From positions 1,019-65,018 of the forward strand of contig CASIBX010000002.1 in assembly GCA_949373075.1 (NCBI GenBank): a DNA stretch of 64,000 bases, given 5' to 3'. The notes beneath the pieces were generated by a model. That model was not told the DNA's origin, ran no database searches, and saw only the letters and a program-made list of their open reading frames with translations. This document shows positions 20,799-29,130 of this stretch, piece after piece. Position 1 is the first letter of the stretch, and each line of letters starts with the position of its first letter. The stretch comes from Candidatus Poseidoniaceae archaeon (lineage in GTDB: Archaea > Thermoplasmatota > Poseidoniia > Poseidoniales > Poseidoniaceae). The position numbers and the translations under genes were made by a program.

Positions 20799-20824
20799 CA
20801 AAGTGAGGGGTTCCCCTCACTTTG
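20799..20824 (+). terminator. perfect 12 bp palindromic hairpin immediately downstream of the giant gene (candidate terminator or RNA structure)
   Basis: CAAAGTGAGGGG-TT-CCCCTCACTTTG is a perfect inverted repeat that begins 23 nt after the stop codon at 20776. Confidence 0.35.
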
Positions 20825-20843
20825 CACTCTTTGTAGCGCAGGG

Positions 20844-21317
20844 TTGATGAGTCTTGTACGGTGTGGCTATGCCATGAGCGATTGGAAGAGTCTTATCGAC
20901 CAAGCAATGATGCTAGAAGGAACTGATGTAATTAAAGCGCATGGGACTTATGGGAATGCTGTACGTGCAGCCCTCTCAAACGCCCAACTTCTTCTTACAG
21001 ATTTAGAGGCTGCTCAAATCATCGAATCCATCTATGGAGCTTTGGTTGCCTATTCTCAGCAAGTCATGCTGAGGATGAAAGCCGAAGAGCCTGAAGTGGG
21101 CGGGGTCGATCATGCTTTCAGAGCAGGACAAGCCTACGGGGTATCTTGTGTTCTAAACCATTTAATCGACCAGTTAACCGATGTATCTTCAGTTACAAAT
21201 CTTCAGGCCCTAGATGACTTCTCAGACACTCTCCACAATGACATCTTAGTTCAGGCAAGAGCGGCCGGTTTGACTGTTGAATTACTGGATGCGAAAGGCG
21301 ACATTCTCTATGAGTGA
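20844..21317 (+). CDS. hypothetical cytoplasmic protein
   Basis: 157 aa, predicted all-alpha. No recognisable motifs. Confidence 0.35.
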   Translation: MMSLVRCGYAMSDWKSLIDQAMMLEGTDVIKAHGTYGNAVRAALSNAQLLLTDLEAAQIIESIYGALVAYSQQVMLRMKAEEPEVGGVDHAFRAGQAYGVSCVLNHLIDQLTDVSSVTNLQALDDFSDTLHNDILVQARAAGLTVELLDAKGDILYE

Positions 21318-21426
21318 ATATCCTCTAAACGCTGTACTTCGACGCGAAAGATAGTTTGTCCGCGTCGGTGCCTTCATAACAGGGTGGTTGGTCGGCGATT
21401 TGCTTCAATAGCATCGAGGGAGTCAT

Positions 21427-21792
21427 ATGAGTAAACCAGAAAGCAAGACAAACCCAAATCTAGTCGGTCTAATCGGCGATTTGAAGGCACAGTCTCGCGA
21501 GACCGGCGCAGCTTTGTGGCGAGATGTCGCACAACGACTATCAAGAAGTCGTAGTAACTGGGCAAACCCGAACCTTAGCCGCTTGAGCCGCCACTGCCCC
21601 GAGGGCGTAACAGTCCTCGTTCCAGGCAAGTTGCTCGGCAGCGGTGAAGTTTCGGCCAAGCACGACGTCGCCGCCTACAGCATCAGCGCTGGAGCCCGTG
21701 AGAAGATTGTGGCTGCGGGAGGACGTGTCCTTACGCTAGCCGAATTAATGAACGAAAATCCAAAGGGATCGGGGGTGTACATCCTTGGCTGA
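21427..21792 (+). CDS. rpl18e: 50S ribosomal protein L18e
   Basis: 121 aa, colinear with archaeal L18e. It sits first in the conserved L18e-L13-S9-RpoN block. Confidence 0.85.
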   Translation: MSKPESKTNPNLVGLIGDLKAQSRETGAALWRDVAQRLSRSRSNWANPNLSRLSRHCPEGVTVLVPGKLLGSGEVSAKHDVAAYSISAGAREKIVAAGGRVLTLAELMNENPKGSGVYILG

Positions 21793-22273
21793 TCACACTA
21801 CATACGTGTACGACGCTGATGGATTAGTCCTCGGCCGTTTGGCTAGCACAGTTGCTGACCTTCTTTTGAAGAGCACACGTGCTGGAAACAGTGACCAAGT
21901 CGTTATTGTTAATGCAGAGAAAGCAGTCGTTTCCGGCAAGCCAACATCTGTGTTTTCAACATACCACGACAAGTATGCACTAAACCATGCTCGTAAGGGA
22001 CCATTTTTCCCTCGTATGCCTGACATGATTCTAAAACGAACTGTCAGAGGTATGCTGCCATACCAGGCTAAGAGTAGCGGTCGCCGTGCTCTACGAAATC
22101 TTCGTGTCGAAATCGGCTGTCCAAGCCATCTTTCTGGTGACCTTCCTGAAGGTCACGAAGCAGGTGATGACAGTAAGATTCGCCGTGACCTCCCAATGCG
22201 CTTCGTTCGTTTGGGAGACATCAGCGCCAACCTTGGCGCACCAGCACACCGTTGGAATGGAGGTGAGCAGTGA
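21785..22273 (+). CDS. rpl13: 50S ribosomal protein L13
   Basis: The N-terminal V(Y)DADGLVLGRLAS...VVIVNAEKAVVSG segment is diagnostic for L13. The apparent TTG start overlaps the L18e stop. Confidence 0.9.
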   Translation: MADHTTYVYDADGLVLGRLASTVADLLLKSTRAGNSDQVVIVNAEKAVVSGKPTSVFSTYHDKYALNHARKGPFFPRMPDMILKRTVRGMLPYQAKSSGRRALRNLRVEIGCPSHLSGDLPEGHEAGDDSKIRRDLPMRFVRLGDISANLGAPAHRWNGGEQ

Positions 22274-22707
22274 TGGCTCGTAAGCAAAAGAAAGTCGTAC
22301 ACACATCAGGAAAGCGTAAGACCGCAGTCGCCCGTGCTACCGTTAAGGCTGGCAAGGGACGAGTTCGAGTTAACAGTGAACCTATTGAAATTTTACAGCC
22401 AGCTCTCTCCCGCCGTAAGGCAATGGAGCCGCTAATCATTGCAGATGCAATGAAGCGTCTATCTAAGGTAGACATCAATATCCTAACCCATGGTGGTGGA
22501 ATAATGGGCCAGACAGATGCGATTAGAACCGCACTCGCTCGTGGACTAGTTCACTACAATGGTGGTGCAGAAGGCCTTGATGAGGAACTTCGTGATGAGT
22601 ACCTGCGATTCGATCGCAGCCTACTGGTTAACGACCCTCGTCGTAAGGAACCTAAACATCAACTCGGTCGTGGTGCTCGCCGTAAGAAGCAGAAGTCCTA
22701 CAGGTGA
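22270..22707 (+). CDS. rps9: 30S ribosomal protein S9
   Basis: GKRKTAVARATVKAGKGRVRVN and the basic C-terminus ...RRKKQKSYR. There is a 4 nt overlap with rpl13. Confidence 0.9.
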   Translation: MMARKQKKVVHTSGKRKTAVARATVKAGKGRVRVNSEPIEILQPALSRRKAMEPLIIADAMKRLSKVDINILTHGGGIMGQTDAIRTALARGLVHYNGGAEGLDEELRDEYLRFDRSLLVNDPRRKEPKHQLGRGARRKKQKSYR

Positions 22708-22712
22708 TTTAG

Positions 22713-22916
22713 ATGATTATTCCAGTACGTTGTTTCAGCTGTGGCGGAGTTATCGCCCACAAGTGGGAAGAGTTCAATGAAAAGATGGCCGCAGGTATCG
22801 ATATGATGGGCGCTCTTGACGAGGTCGGTCTTGACAGATACTGTTGCCGAAGAATGTTTGTTTCACATATTGAACTCATTACCGAAGTTGCACCTTTCAG
22901 CACTCCTCGTGAGTGA
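22713..22916 (+). CDS. rpoN: DNA-directed RNA polymerase subunit N (Rpb10 homolog)
   Basis: 67 aa. MIIPVRCFSCG...CCRRM is the zinc-bundle signature of RpoN/Rpb10. Confidence 0.9.
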   Translation: MIIPVRCFSCGGVIAHKWEEFNEKMAAGIDMMGALDEVGLDRYCCRRMFVSHIELITEVAPFSTPRE

Positions 22917-22946
22917 GCATTAACCAGATCCGATTCCCAGGCTAAA

Positions 22947-23021
22947 GGGCCTGTGGGTTAGCTTGGCCAATACTTGGCGGCTGGGGGCCGTCAGACCCCA
23001 GTTCAAATCTGGGCAGGCCCA
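22947..23021 (+). tRNA. tRNA-Pro (anticodon GGG)
   Basis: Folded by hand. Acceptor GGGCCUG/CAGGCCC. Anticodon stem GGCGG/CCGUC with loop CUGGGGG. T-arm CCCAG-UUCAAAU-CUGGG. Discriminator A. The D-loop is extended by 3 nt. Its position right after rpoN is the usual archaeal location of tRNA-Pro. Confidence 0.7.
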
Positions 23022-23115
23022 CTTGCCTGGGAAGTCTGATTGTAAAGTCTCTAATGAGTCTCCGTAGGAGACTCGAAGGGAATGATTTCATGATGGATGA
23101 GAATTAGCGGACACT

Positions 23116-26100
23116 ATGAGAATCCACGCGCTAGTGCTGGCGACCCTCCTGATAATTTCATCTACAGTATCTGTTATTGCTAGTGATACCGTCACTACAC
23201 AAGACGTAGAACTCTCTGGAAATCAAACAATGACTGGCAATTATACAGTCAGCCACGGCACAAAACTGACCATAAAACCCGGCACCATAATCGATATGCA
23301 AGACTATTGGATGAAAGTTGACGGAGAACTTGTTGCTGATGATGCAACAATAATGTCATCCATTCAAACAACTAGCCCTGGTTCACACAATGCTGGTGTC
23401 TGGGACGCATTAACCATCACTTCAATGGGAGTTGCTAATTTAGACGAGGTTACTATCTCCAATGCCAAATCTTGCATCATAGTTGACGGTACTCTGACTG
23501 CTACTAACTTGTCGATGGAAGATTGCCTTATTGGAATGGAAGTCGACGGTACAGCCACTATTAGCGGGATATCTTTGTTACATGTGGACAATGATGGAAT
23601 CAGAGTAACCGGTGATGCAGATATTTCGGATGCAGAATTTACAGATATGAGCGGTGGAATCCATTCGAGCGGCGATCTTATTTTGACGGTTAGCGAATTT
23701 ACAGACGTTGGAACAGGCGTATCTCTAACCGGAGGCACTGCCGACATCGAGGAATTAACATTCACAAGTGGAGTCGGCAACGGAGTAAGCATAGCATCAG
23801 GAGTAAGCGGTGACATTGATTCAATGACAGGCCAAGCAACAAATGCAATAGTTTCAATGGATGCAACAGGATTTGCAATTTCGAATTTAGATATGTCTGG
23901 TGAGCGACTCTTTAATTCATGGTCAGCAGGGGACTTATCGATATCAAATGCAGATTTCCACGCAGATAGCGGCGAGACCCCTATCGATATTCGAACCTCA
24001 GGCACAGTTTCTCTCTCAGACGTCCATTTGACCGGACAATTTAGTTCACAGCAATCAACATTCAATGCCCCATGGATTGGAATGTCATTAGCTGGTAGTG
24101 GAGATTACATAATCGCCTCATCTACAATCGAGTCCACTGACACTGCCCTTATCGCTAGTGGAACGGGTACTTTGGATATTAGCGATACTACGTTTTCCTC
24201 AGACCGCATGGGCCTTTCATTCTCGGGGATTTCTTCTACCACGCTAGACAATGTTGCGGTAAATATCTCAAACGGTGGCGAACTGGGTATTGATATTCTT
24301 CAAGGAACTCATACTTTCTCACAATTACAGGTCAATATGCCATTCAATCAATTCGCTAGTGGTAGTACAGGGATTGATGCTTGGTGGTGTGAAATTAGTG
24401 CTGAAGATATTTCCGTAAACGGATTTGCAAATAGTGCATCAATCCACGAATCTATCCTGGTTACTGAAGATTTAACACTTCTAGATTCCAGTATACAGGG
24501 ATTACATGCGGATTCCTCTATGGTCACCGTTACAGATTCCTTTGAAACAAGAGTTTCCGATACAGGTTTGATAATGGATTCCTCAACCGTAATTCTTCGA
24601 AGTTGGGACTCTTCCTACCATGAGGATGGCGGAGTTTTAGATTTTGAATCGGAGTTGACCGTATGGCAATTATCCTCAATTAGCAATCTTGATTCTGATA
24701 TAACCGGTGATGGTGAACTTCATTATGGAACAAGCCAGACCCTTAGAATATACACTGCATCGAAAAACAGATTGTGGGATATGACAATTTCATTCGAAGA
24801 TTTATCAGGTAATTCAGTAGATGCAGATTGGGAAGTCTTAGGGTTTACAGGAACTGCTTCTAGCGGAGTTGCTCTTCTCCCGGTAAGTGAAGCAGGCTCT
24901 CAAATTACTGCGACTTATGCCGGAGTAGGCGCCTTATCAACTCCAATAGGGGTGCAAGGGGGAACACATACCATACAGGTACCAATTATGCCTCAAGGCG
25001 ATTGGGTATTGAATGGAGGGACTGTAGTGGTTCTTGGTCCAACAGAAGATGGCTCTCCTCACATAGCAGGTGGAAATATCACAATACCTTCTAACGCACA
25101 ATTGGTTTTACTTGATACGACATTACAATTGCCGAGTTATGCCACGCTAACAGTAGATAGTTACGGGGATTTCGAAGGTACTAATTCACAATTAGTAGGC
25201 AATGTCGTTTCTCACTCCTCGGGCTTTAGCGACTCTACAACTTCTAGTTTGACCGTGGCGGGAGATGTATTGTGGACTTCTTGCCAAACTGATATTATTC
25301 TGTATAACCTCCTAGTTCAGGGTGATGTGCAATTAGATAATTCATGTAAGGTGACAATCAACTCTGGTACAATAAACGGCCAAGTTGCCGTGGGCGTAGG
25401 TGCAATCTTTGAGATAGTCAACACTCTAGAAGTTACAGTTCTCGATAAAGGAGATGCCGTTCAAGGTGCAACAATTACCGTTCAAGGACAAAGCGTAACT
25501 ACAGACATTGACGGCAAAGCCAGCAAATCCACGACCGCCCTCATTGTAGACTCAAGCGGCTCAACGACAGCCGGATTAAAGCAAGTCACATTACAATGGG
25601 GCAGTTTTACAGATTTGATGGCATGGGACACAGCCTCATCTAAGCAACACACCTTCATCGCTTCAACAATATCCGGCGGCACATTGACAGAATGGTTAGT
25701 CTTAGAAAAGGCTTGGAGTCCTTATCACCTTTCGAACGATCTAGTAATTCCACAAGGGCAAACGATGACAGTAAACGATGGTGTTTCCTTACGAGTTGCA
25801 GACGGAGTGATAATCACTATTGAAGGGACATTCAATTCAGGATATTCAACTATCTCATCGATGGGCGGAGGAGCAAGATGGGGCGGATTAGTCGTAGGAG
25901 ATAACTCTGAAACAACCGCATCATTACTAGGTACTAGCCTTGTTGAAGGCTCCCCTCTACTGACAATGAATGGTAATGCAGACATTGTTTTGAGCAATGC
26001 ATTACTTTCTCGAACAAGTGGTGCAGAACCTCTAATTCGACTGACAAACACTGCCTCAGGTAGTATGCAAATTGTTTCAACAACGCTTTCTGATTCTGCT

Positions 26101-27684
26101 TCACATTGTATTGAGGCCCAAGGAGATGCCACTCTTTCTCTTCAGCAAGTAACCATGCAAACCTGCGCTACGGATTCTCTTTGGGCTCGTAGCCTACCGC
26201 TATCTATCGACGGGCTTTATGTTACAGAAAGAGCAGATTTAGGTGGAGTTACTGGCGAAATGAACGACTTCACAGGAAGTGAATTATTCGTCAACAACCT
26301 AGATGGTTTTGAGATGTCTGATTTGGACATATCAATGCTAAATGGAACAGATAATCGTAACATAATTGTCGATGGCGCTGTAATAAACGGAGCTCCTGCA
26401 ATCGATCTGGATAATACAGCAGGAACTCTAACCGGGGTTTCAATCGATTGTAATGGAAGCGGAGTTGGAATTACTGCTCATCACGGCCGTGCTTCAGCAC
26501 CGCTAACAATTAGCGATTCTTCAATTGTATCTTGTACCAAAGGTATCGACTTACACACCGATGGAGAATCCGCTGCAATCGAATTGAATCATGTAAACAT
26601 CGACACAGCAGTGGCCATTTCTAGTGATGGTAATGATCTATTGATTCGTAACGGTGTTCTAAATGGTTCACTAGACATTAACTCTGCAACTGCAAATGTC
26701 TATGATGTAATCCCACTTTCTCAGTCTACTTCTTTAGGTCAGATTTGGATGTGGACAACCCATATTTTCGATGTTAGATTAGGTGCCTCCTCGCACTCTG
26801 CAAGCCTAGAAATGTCAGTTGGACAAAGTTGGTCGCAAACCGTTATTGGAAGCAGCGCTCAGGTAGCAATGCCCCATGCAGTGATATCAGATTCAGTAAC
26901 TGAAACTTATGACAAGGTCGCAATTGTTGCTACTGCAGAAAACCTTCCTACTCTAAGTAGTGAGTATTCATTCGGTCCTGGTGAAGAAGAAATTATTCAA
27001 ATTAGTATGATTAGTAATCAAGCTCCAGAAGTTGAAATTATAATCCCTGATGATGGATTTACAGTTATGGAGTCTCTTCCAATTGAAATCAGAGGCGTGG
27101 TTAGTGACGACCTAGATGCTAACGAAGATTTAGAAATCATCTGGCGAGTAATAATTGGCCAGACTGAAATGATGCAACTAAATGGTGAGTGGAACAATAT
27201 CACTGACTTACCAGCTGGAATATATGTTCTAAATTTGGAGGTAACCGACACACAAGGACTCATGTCAAGTAATTCAATATCCTTTGAGATTACATTACTG
27301 GATTCTGATGGCGATTGGATCTTAACCTGTTCAGAAAACTGGTTCGACAAGGAAGAAAATGTGTATTGCGGCCCTGATATTTACGATACTGATGATGATA
27401 ATGATGGCGTGTTAGACATTAGAGACCCATGGACCACCGATCCTTGTGCAAGTATGGACACAGATAGTGATGGACAACCCGACGACTTACATTGTCCTCC
27501 GGGTGTCACAACTTGGCTAACGGTTGACCCAGATGATGATGGGGATGGAATACCCGATGTGTCAGAGGGGTCAGAAGATGCTGATGAATCTGGTGGAAGT
27601 CCAGTAGTCATCATGTTATTTGTTGGTCTATTCCTTGCAGCAGCAGCATTCATGTTAATGCGCTCAAAGCAGGACGTGGAGTGA
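23116..27684 (+). CDS. large (1522 aa) surface protein, likely parallel beta-helix-rich, type I membrane-anchored
   Basis: N-terminal signal peptide, then long runs of short T/S/G/D/N/I/V-rich beta-strand periodicity typical of right-handed beta-helix (pectate-lyase-like) repeats. The C-terminal segment (DTDDDNDGVLD...DTDSDGQPDD...DPDDDGDGIPD) is TSP3-like. A TM helix VVIMLFVGLFLAAAAFMLM and a short KQDVE tail follow. Confidence 0.7.
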   Translation: MRIHALVLATLLIISSTVSVIASDTVTTQDVELSGNQTMTGNYTVSHGTKLTIKPGTIIDMQDYWMKVDGELVADDATIMSSIQTTSPGSHNAGVWDALTITSMGVANLDEVTISNAKSCIIVDGTLTATNLSMEDCLIGMEVDGTATISGISLLHVDNDGIRVTGDADISDAEFTDMSGGIHSSGDLILTVSEFTDVGTGVSLTGGTADIEELTFTSGVGNGVSIASGVSGDIDSMTGQATNAIVSMDATGFAISNLDMSGERLFNSWSAGDLSISNADFHADSGETPIDIRTSGTVSLSDVHLTGQFSSQQSTFNAPWIGMSLAGSGDYIIASSTIESTDTALIASGTGTLDISDTTFSSDRMGLSFSGISSTTLDNVAVNISNGGELGIDILQGTHTFSQLQVNMPFNQFASGSTGIDAWWCEISAEDISVNGFANSASIHESILVTEDLTLLDSSIQGLHADSSMVTVTDSFETRVSDTGLIMDSSTVILRSWDSSYHEDGGVLDFESELTVWQLSSISNLDSDITGDGELHYGTSQTLRIYTASKNRLWDMTISFEDLSGNSVDADWEVLGFTGTASSGVALLPVSEAGSQITATYAGVGALSTPIGVQGGTHTIQVPIMPQGDWVLNGGTVVVLGPTEDGSPHIAGGNITIPSNAQLVLLDTTLQLPSYATLTVDSYGDFEGTNSQLVGNVVSHSSGFSDSTTSSLTVAGDVLWTSCQTDIILYNLLVQGDVQLDNSCKVTINSGTINGQVAVGVGAIFEIVNTLEVTVLDKGDAVQGATITVQGQSVTTDIDGKASKSTTALIVDSSGSTTAGLKQVTLQWGSFTDLMAWDTASSKQHTFIASTISGGTLTEWLVLEKAWSPYHLSNDLVIPQGQTMTVNDGVSLRVADGVIITIEGTFNSGYSTISSMGGGARWGGLVVGDNSETTASLLGTSLVEGSPLLTMNGNADIVLSNALLSRTSGAEPLIRLTNTASGSMQIVSTTLSDSASHCIEAQGDATLSLQQVTMQTCATDSLWARSLPLSIDGLYVTERADLGGVTGEMNDFTGSELFVNNLDGFEMSDLDISMLNGTDNRNIIVDGAVINGAPAIDLDNTAGTLTGVSIDCNGSGVGITAHHGRASAPLTISDSSIVSCTKGIDLHTDGESAAIELNHVNIDTAVAISSDGNDLLIRNGVLNGSLDINSATANVYDVIPLSQSTSLGQIWMWTTHIFDVRLGASSHSASLEMSVGQSWSQTVIGSSAQVAMPHAVISDSVTETYDKVAIVATAENLPTLSSEYSFGPGEEEIIQISMISNQAPEVEIIIPDDGFTVMESLPIEIRGVVSDDLDANEDLEIIWRVIIGQTEMMQLNGEWNNITDLPAGIYVLNLEVTDTQGLMSSNSISFEITLLDSDGDWILTCSENWFDKEENVYCGPDIYDTDDDNDGVLDIRDPWTTDPCASMDTDSDGQPDDLHCPPGVTTWLTVDPDDDGDGIPDVSEGSEDADESGGSPVVIMLFVGLFLAAAAFMLMRSKQDVE

Positions 27685-28223
27685 TGGTAGAACTTACCAG
27701 CACATTACCTGACGCTGAATTGATGGCTCAGTTTTGTGTTGCAGTATTAGCGGTAATTGTTGCCTGGGATGCTTGGTGGCTTGGCCGCCAGAGGCTCGAT
27801 ATCCCCACCTTGGGCGATCTGCCTAACTCAGGATTTGCCTGGGAGTCAAATCAGTCTGAGGAAGTATCACGCCAGTGGGCGAACCTGATGACTATGGGTG
27901 CGATGATGGTTCTCCCTTGGATGCTAGCTGAACTATCTGATACTCCGATAATATGGGTGTGGGTTTGGGATATTTTGTTAGCGATTCATCTAATTTCGTT
28001 GCTAATACCAAAACGATATGCAGTGACTTCTACGCATTTATTTGCTGATGGGCAGCGCTACGAATGGAGTCGTTTGAAATTAGCTAAAAGGCAACCTAAG
28101 AAGCGAATAATGCTATTGCGCAAAGGGTGGGGCCCTTTCGGACCCCTGCCCCTTGGCGGAGACAGAACAACGCTCCTCAAAGCGGTTGAACTGATGGCTA
28201 CTATTCTCAATGAAGAAGAGTAA
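27681..28223 (+). CDS. membrane protein with a C-terminal bacterial-PH-like (YdbS/DUF304-like) domain
   Basis: 180 aa. Three hydrophobic helices, then IPKRYAVTSTHLFADGQRYEWSRLKL...LLRKGWGPFG. It overlaps the upstream stop by 4 nt. Confidence 0.4.
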   Translation: MMVELTSTLPDAELMAQFCVAVLAVIVAWDAWWLGRQRLDIPTLGDLPNSGFAWESNQSEEVSRQWANLMTMGAMMVLPWMLAELSDTPIIWVWVWDILLAIHLISLLIPKRYAVTSTHLFADGQRYEWSRLKLAKRQPKKRIMLLRKGWGPFGPLPLGGDRTTLLKAVELMATILNEEE

Positions 28224-29081
28224 TCAAGCGTTCATAGCTTCGGTTGCTTTCTTTGCACCCATCCATGCTACAACACCGAAACCGATCTTGTTGATGATGT
28301 CTGCAACGTTGTAAGCAACAGCCATGTATTCAGCGCCGTTGGCACTGTCAATCAATGCGACTTCAGGACTGAATAGGTAACCGACTGGGTAGATGACCCA
28401 GCCTACAACTATGAACCAGCGTAGAGCATTAGCGCTCCACATCAATTCCTCGGAAATCTTACTGTTATCCACACCTAGTCCTGAAGACCATGGAGTTCCA
28501 GTAGCGACAATGATCATTGCCCAGCCCATTCCACCGAGGAGAAGAGCTAGGATAGGGTGCATCAAATCAGCTTCGCCAGCATATCCGAATCCAACCATGA
28601 TAAGAGCGCCAGTGAAACAGATTCCAGTGAATCCAAGTCCAGCGACCTTCTTGTCAGTAATAGCGCCCTTACCTACTAAGGATGGGAACTTGAGAGCCAT
28701 CAATGGAACAGTAATTATCCAATCCATGTAACGGTATTCTACCGAGACAGTTCCGTAGTCTGCGTAAACTCCACGCATGTAGTAGTAGTGGAAGGCAGCA
28801 ATACCTACAATCAATGCTGAGATAGTCATTGTAGTGCGGTATTGTGGGGCAACGTTACTTCTCTCACTCATGAAGAAGACGAAAGCAGCACCCATTGCAA
28901 TGTATCCTACGAAGAATAGGAAGAAGGTCATAGTCTCTAGCGTGTTGCCTTCGATAAATTCAGGCAATCCGTTATCGCCGACTGGCAGTGTCTCCGTGGC
29001 GCTGACCGTTCCGGCCATAGCGAGGGCAATTGTGGCGATTAACAGCAGGCTCGTGGTTCTTGAAAAACGGTCTAACGACAT
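28224..29081 (-). CDS. proteorhodopsin-type microbial rhodopsin (retinal-binding light-driven pump family)
   Basis: Seven TM helices. Helix C RYMDWIITVPLMALKF aligns with proteorhodopsin RYIDWLLTVPLLICEF. Helix G has the Schiff-base Lys in YNVADIINKIGFG. His in FHYYYMRG is conserved. An N-terminal signal peptide is present. Confidence 0.9.
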   Translation of the reverse strand: MSLDRFSRTTSLLLIATIALAMAGTVSATETLPVGDNGLPEFIEGNTLETMTFFLFFVGYIAMGAAFVFFMSERSNVAPQYRTTMTISALIVGIAAFHYYYMRGVYADYGTVSVEYRYMDWIITVPLMALKFPSLVGKGAITDKKVAGLGFTGICFTGALIMVGFGYAGEADLMHPILALLLGGMGWAMIIVATGTPWSSGLGVDNSKISEELMWSANALRWFIVVGWVIYPVGYLFSPEVALIDSANGAEYMAVAYNVADIINKIGFGVVAWMGAKKATEAMNA

Positions 29082-29108
29082 ATTATCAATTGATAGCGAT
29101 ATAATTCA

Positions 29109-29118
29109 ATATAAAAAG
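29109..29118 (-). promoter_or_regulatory. candidate archaeal TATA box for the rhodopsin gene
   Basis: Minus-strand TTTTTATATT lies about 27-32 nt upstream of the rhodopsin ATG at 29081. This is consistent with a leaderless transcript. Confidence 0.3.
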
Positions 29119-29130
29119 TACAGTTTTGAA

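Noticed and set aside
22917-23115. Expectation of rpoK (Rpb6) downstream of rpoN/tRNA-Pro, as in the canonical archaeal cluster
   Set aside because: No small ORF with the RpoK signature is present. The interval holds only the tRNA, a short palindrome and the start of the surface-protein gene.
23364-24065. A 233 aa antisense ORF inside the 1522 aa surface-protein gene, and similar antisense ORFs at 25725..26132, 27018..27653, 48715..49221 and 49492..50073
   Set aside because: They are fully embedded opposite much longer ORFs with clear signal peptides and domain structure. Their composition (Ser/Pro-rich) is the mirror image of the sense strand.
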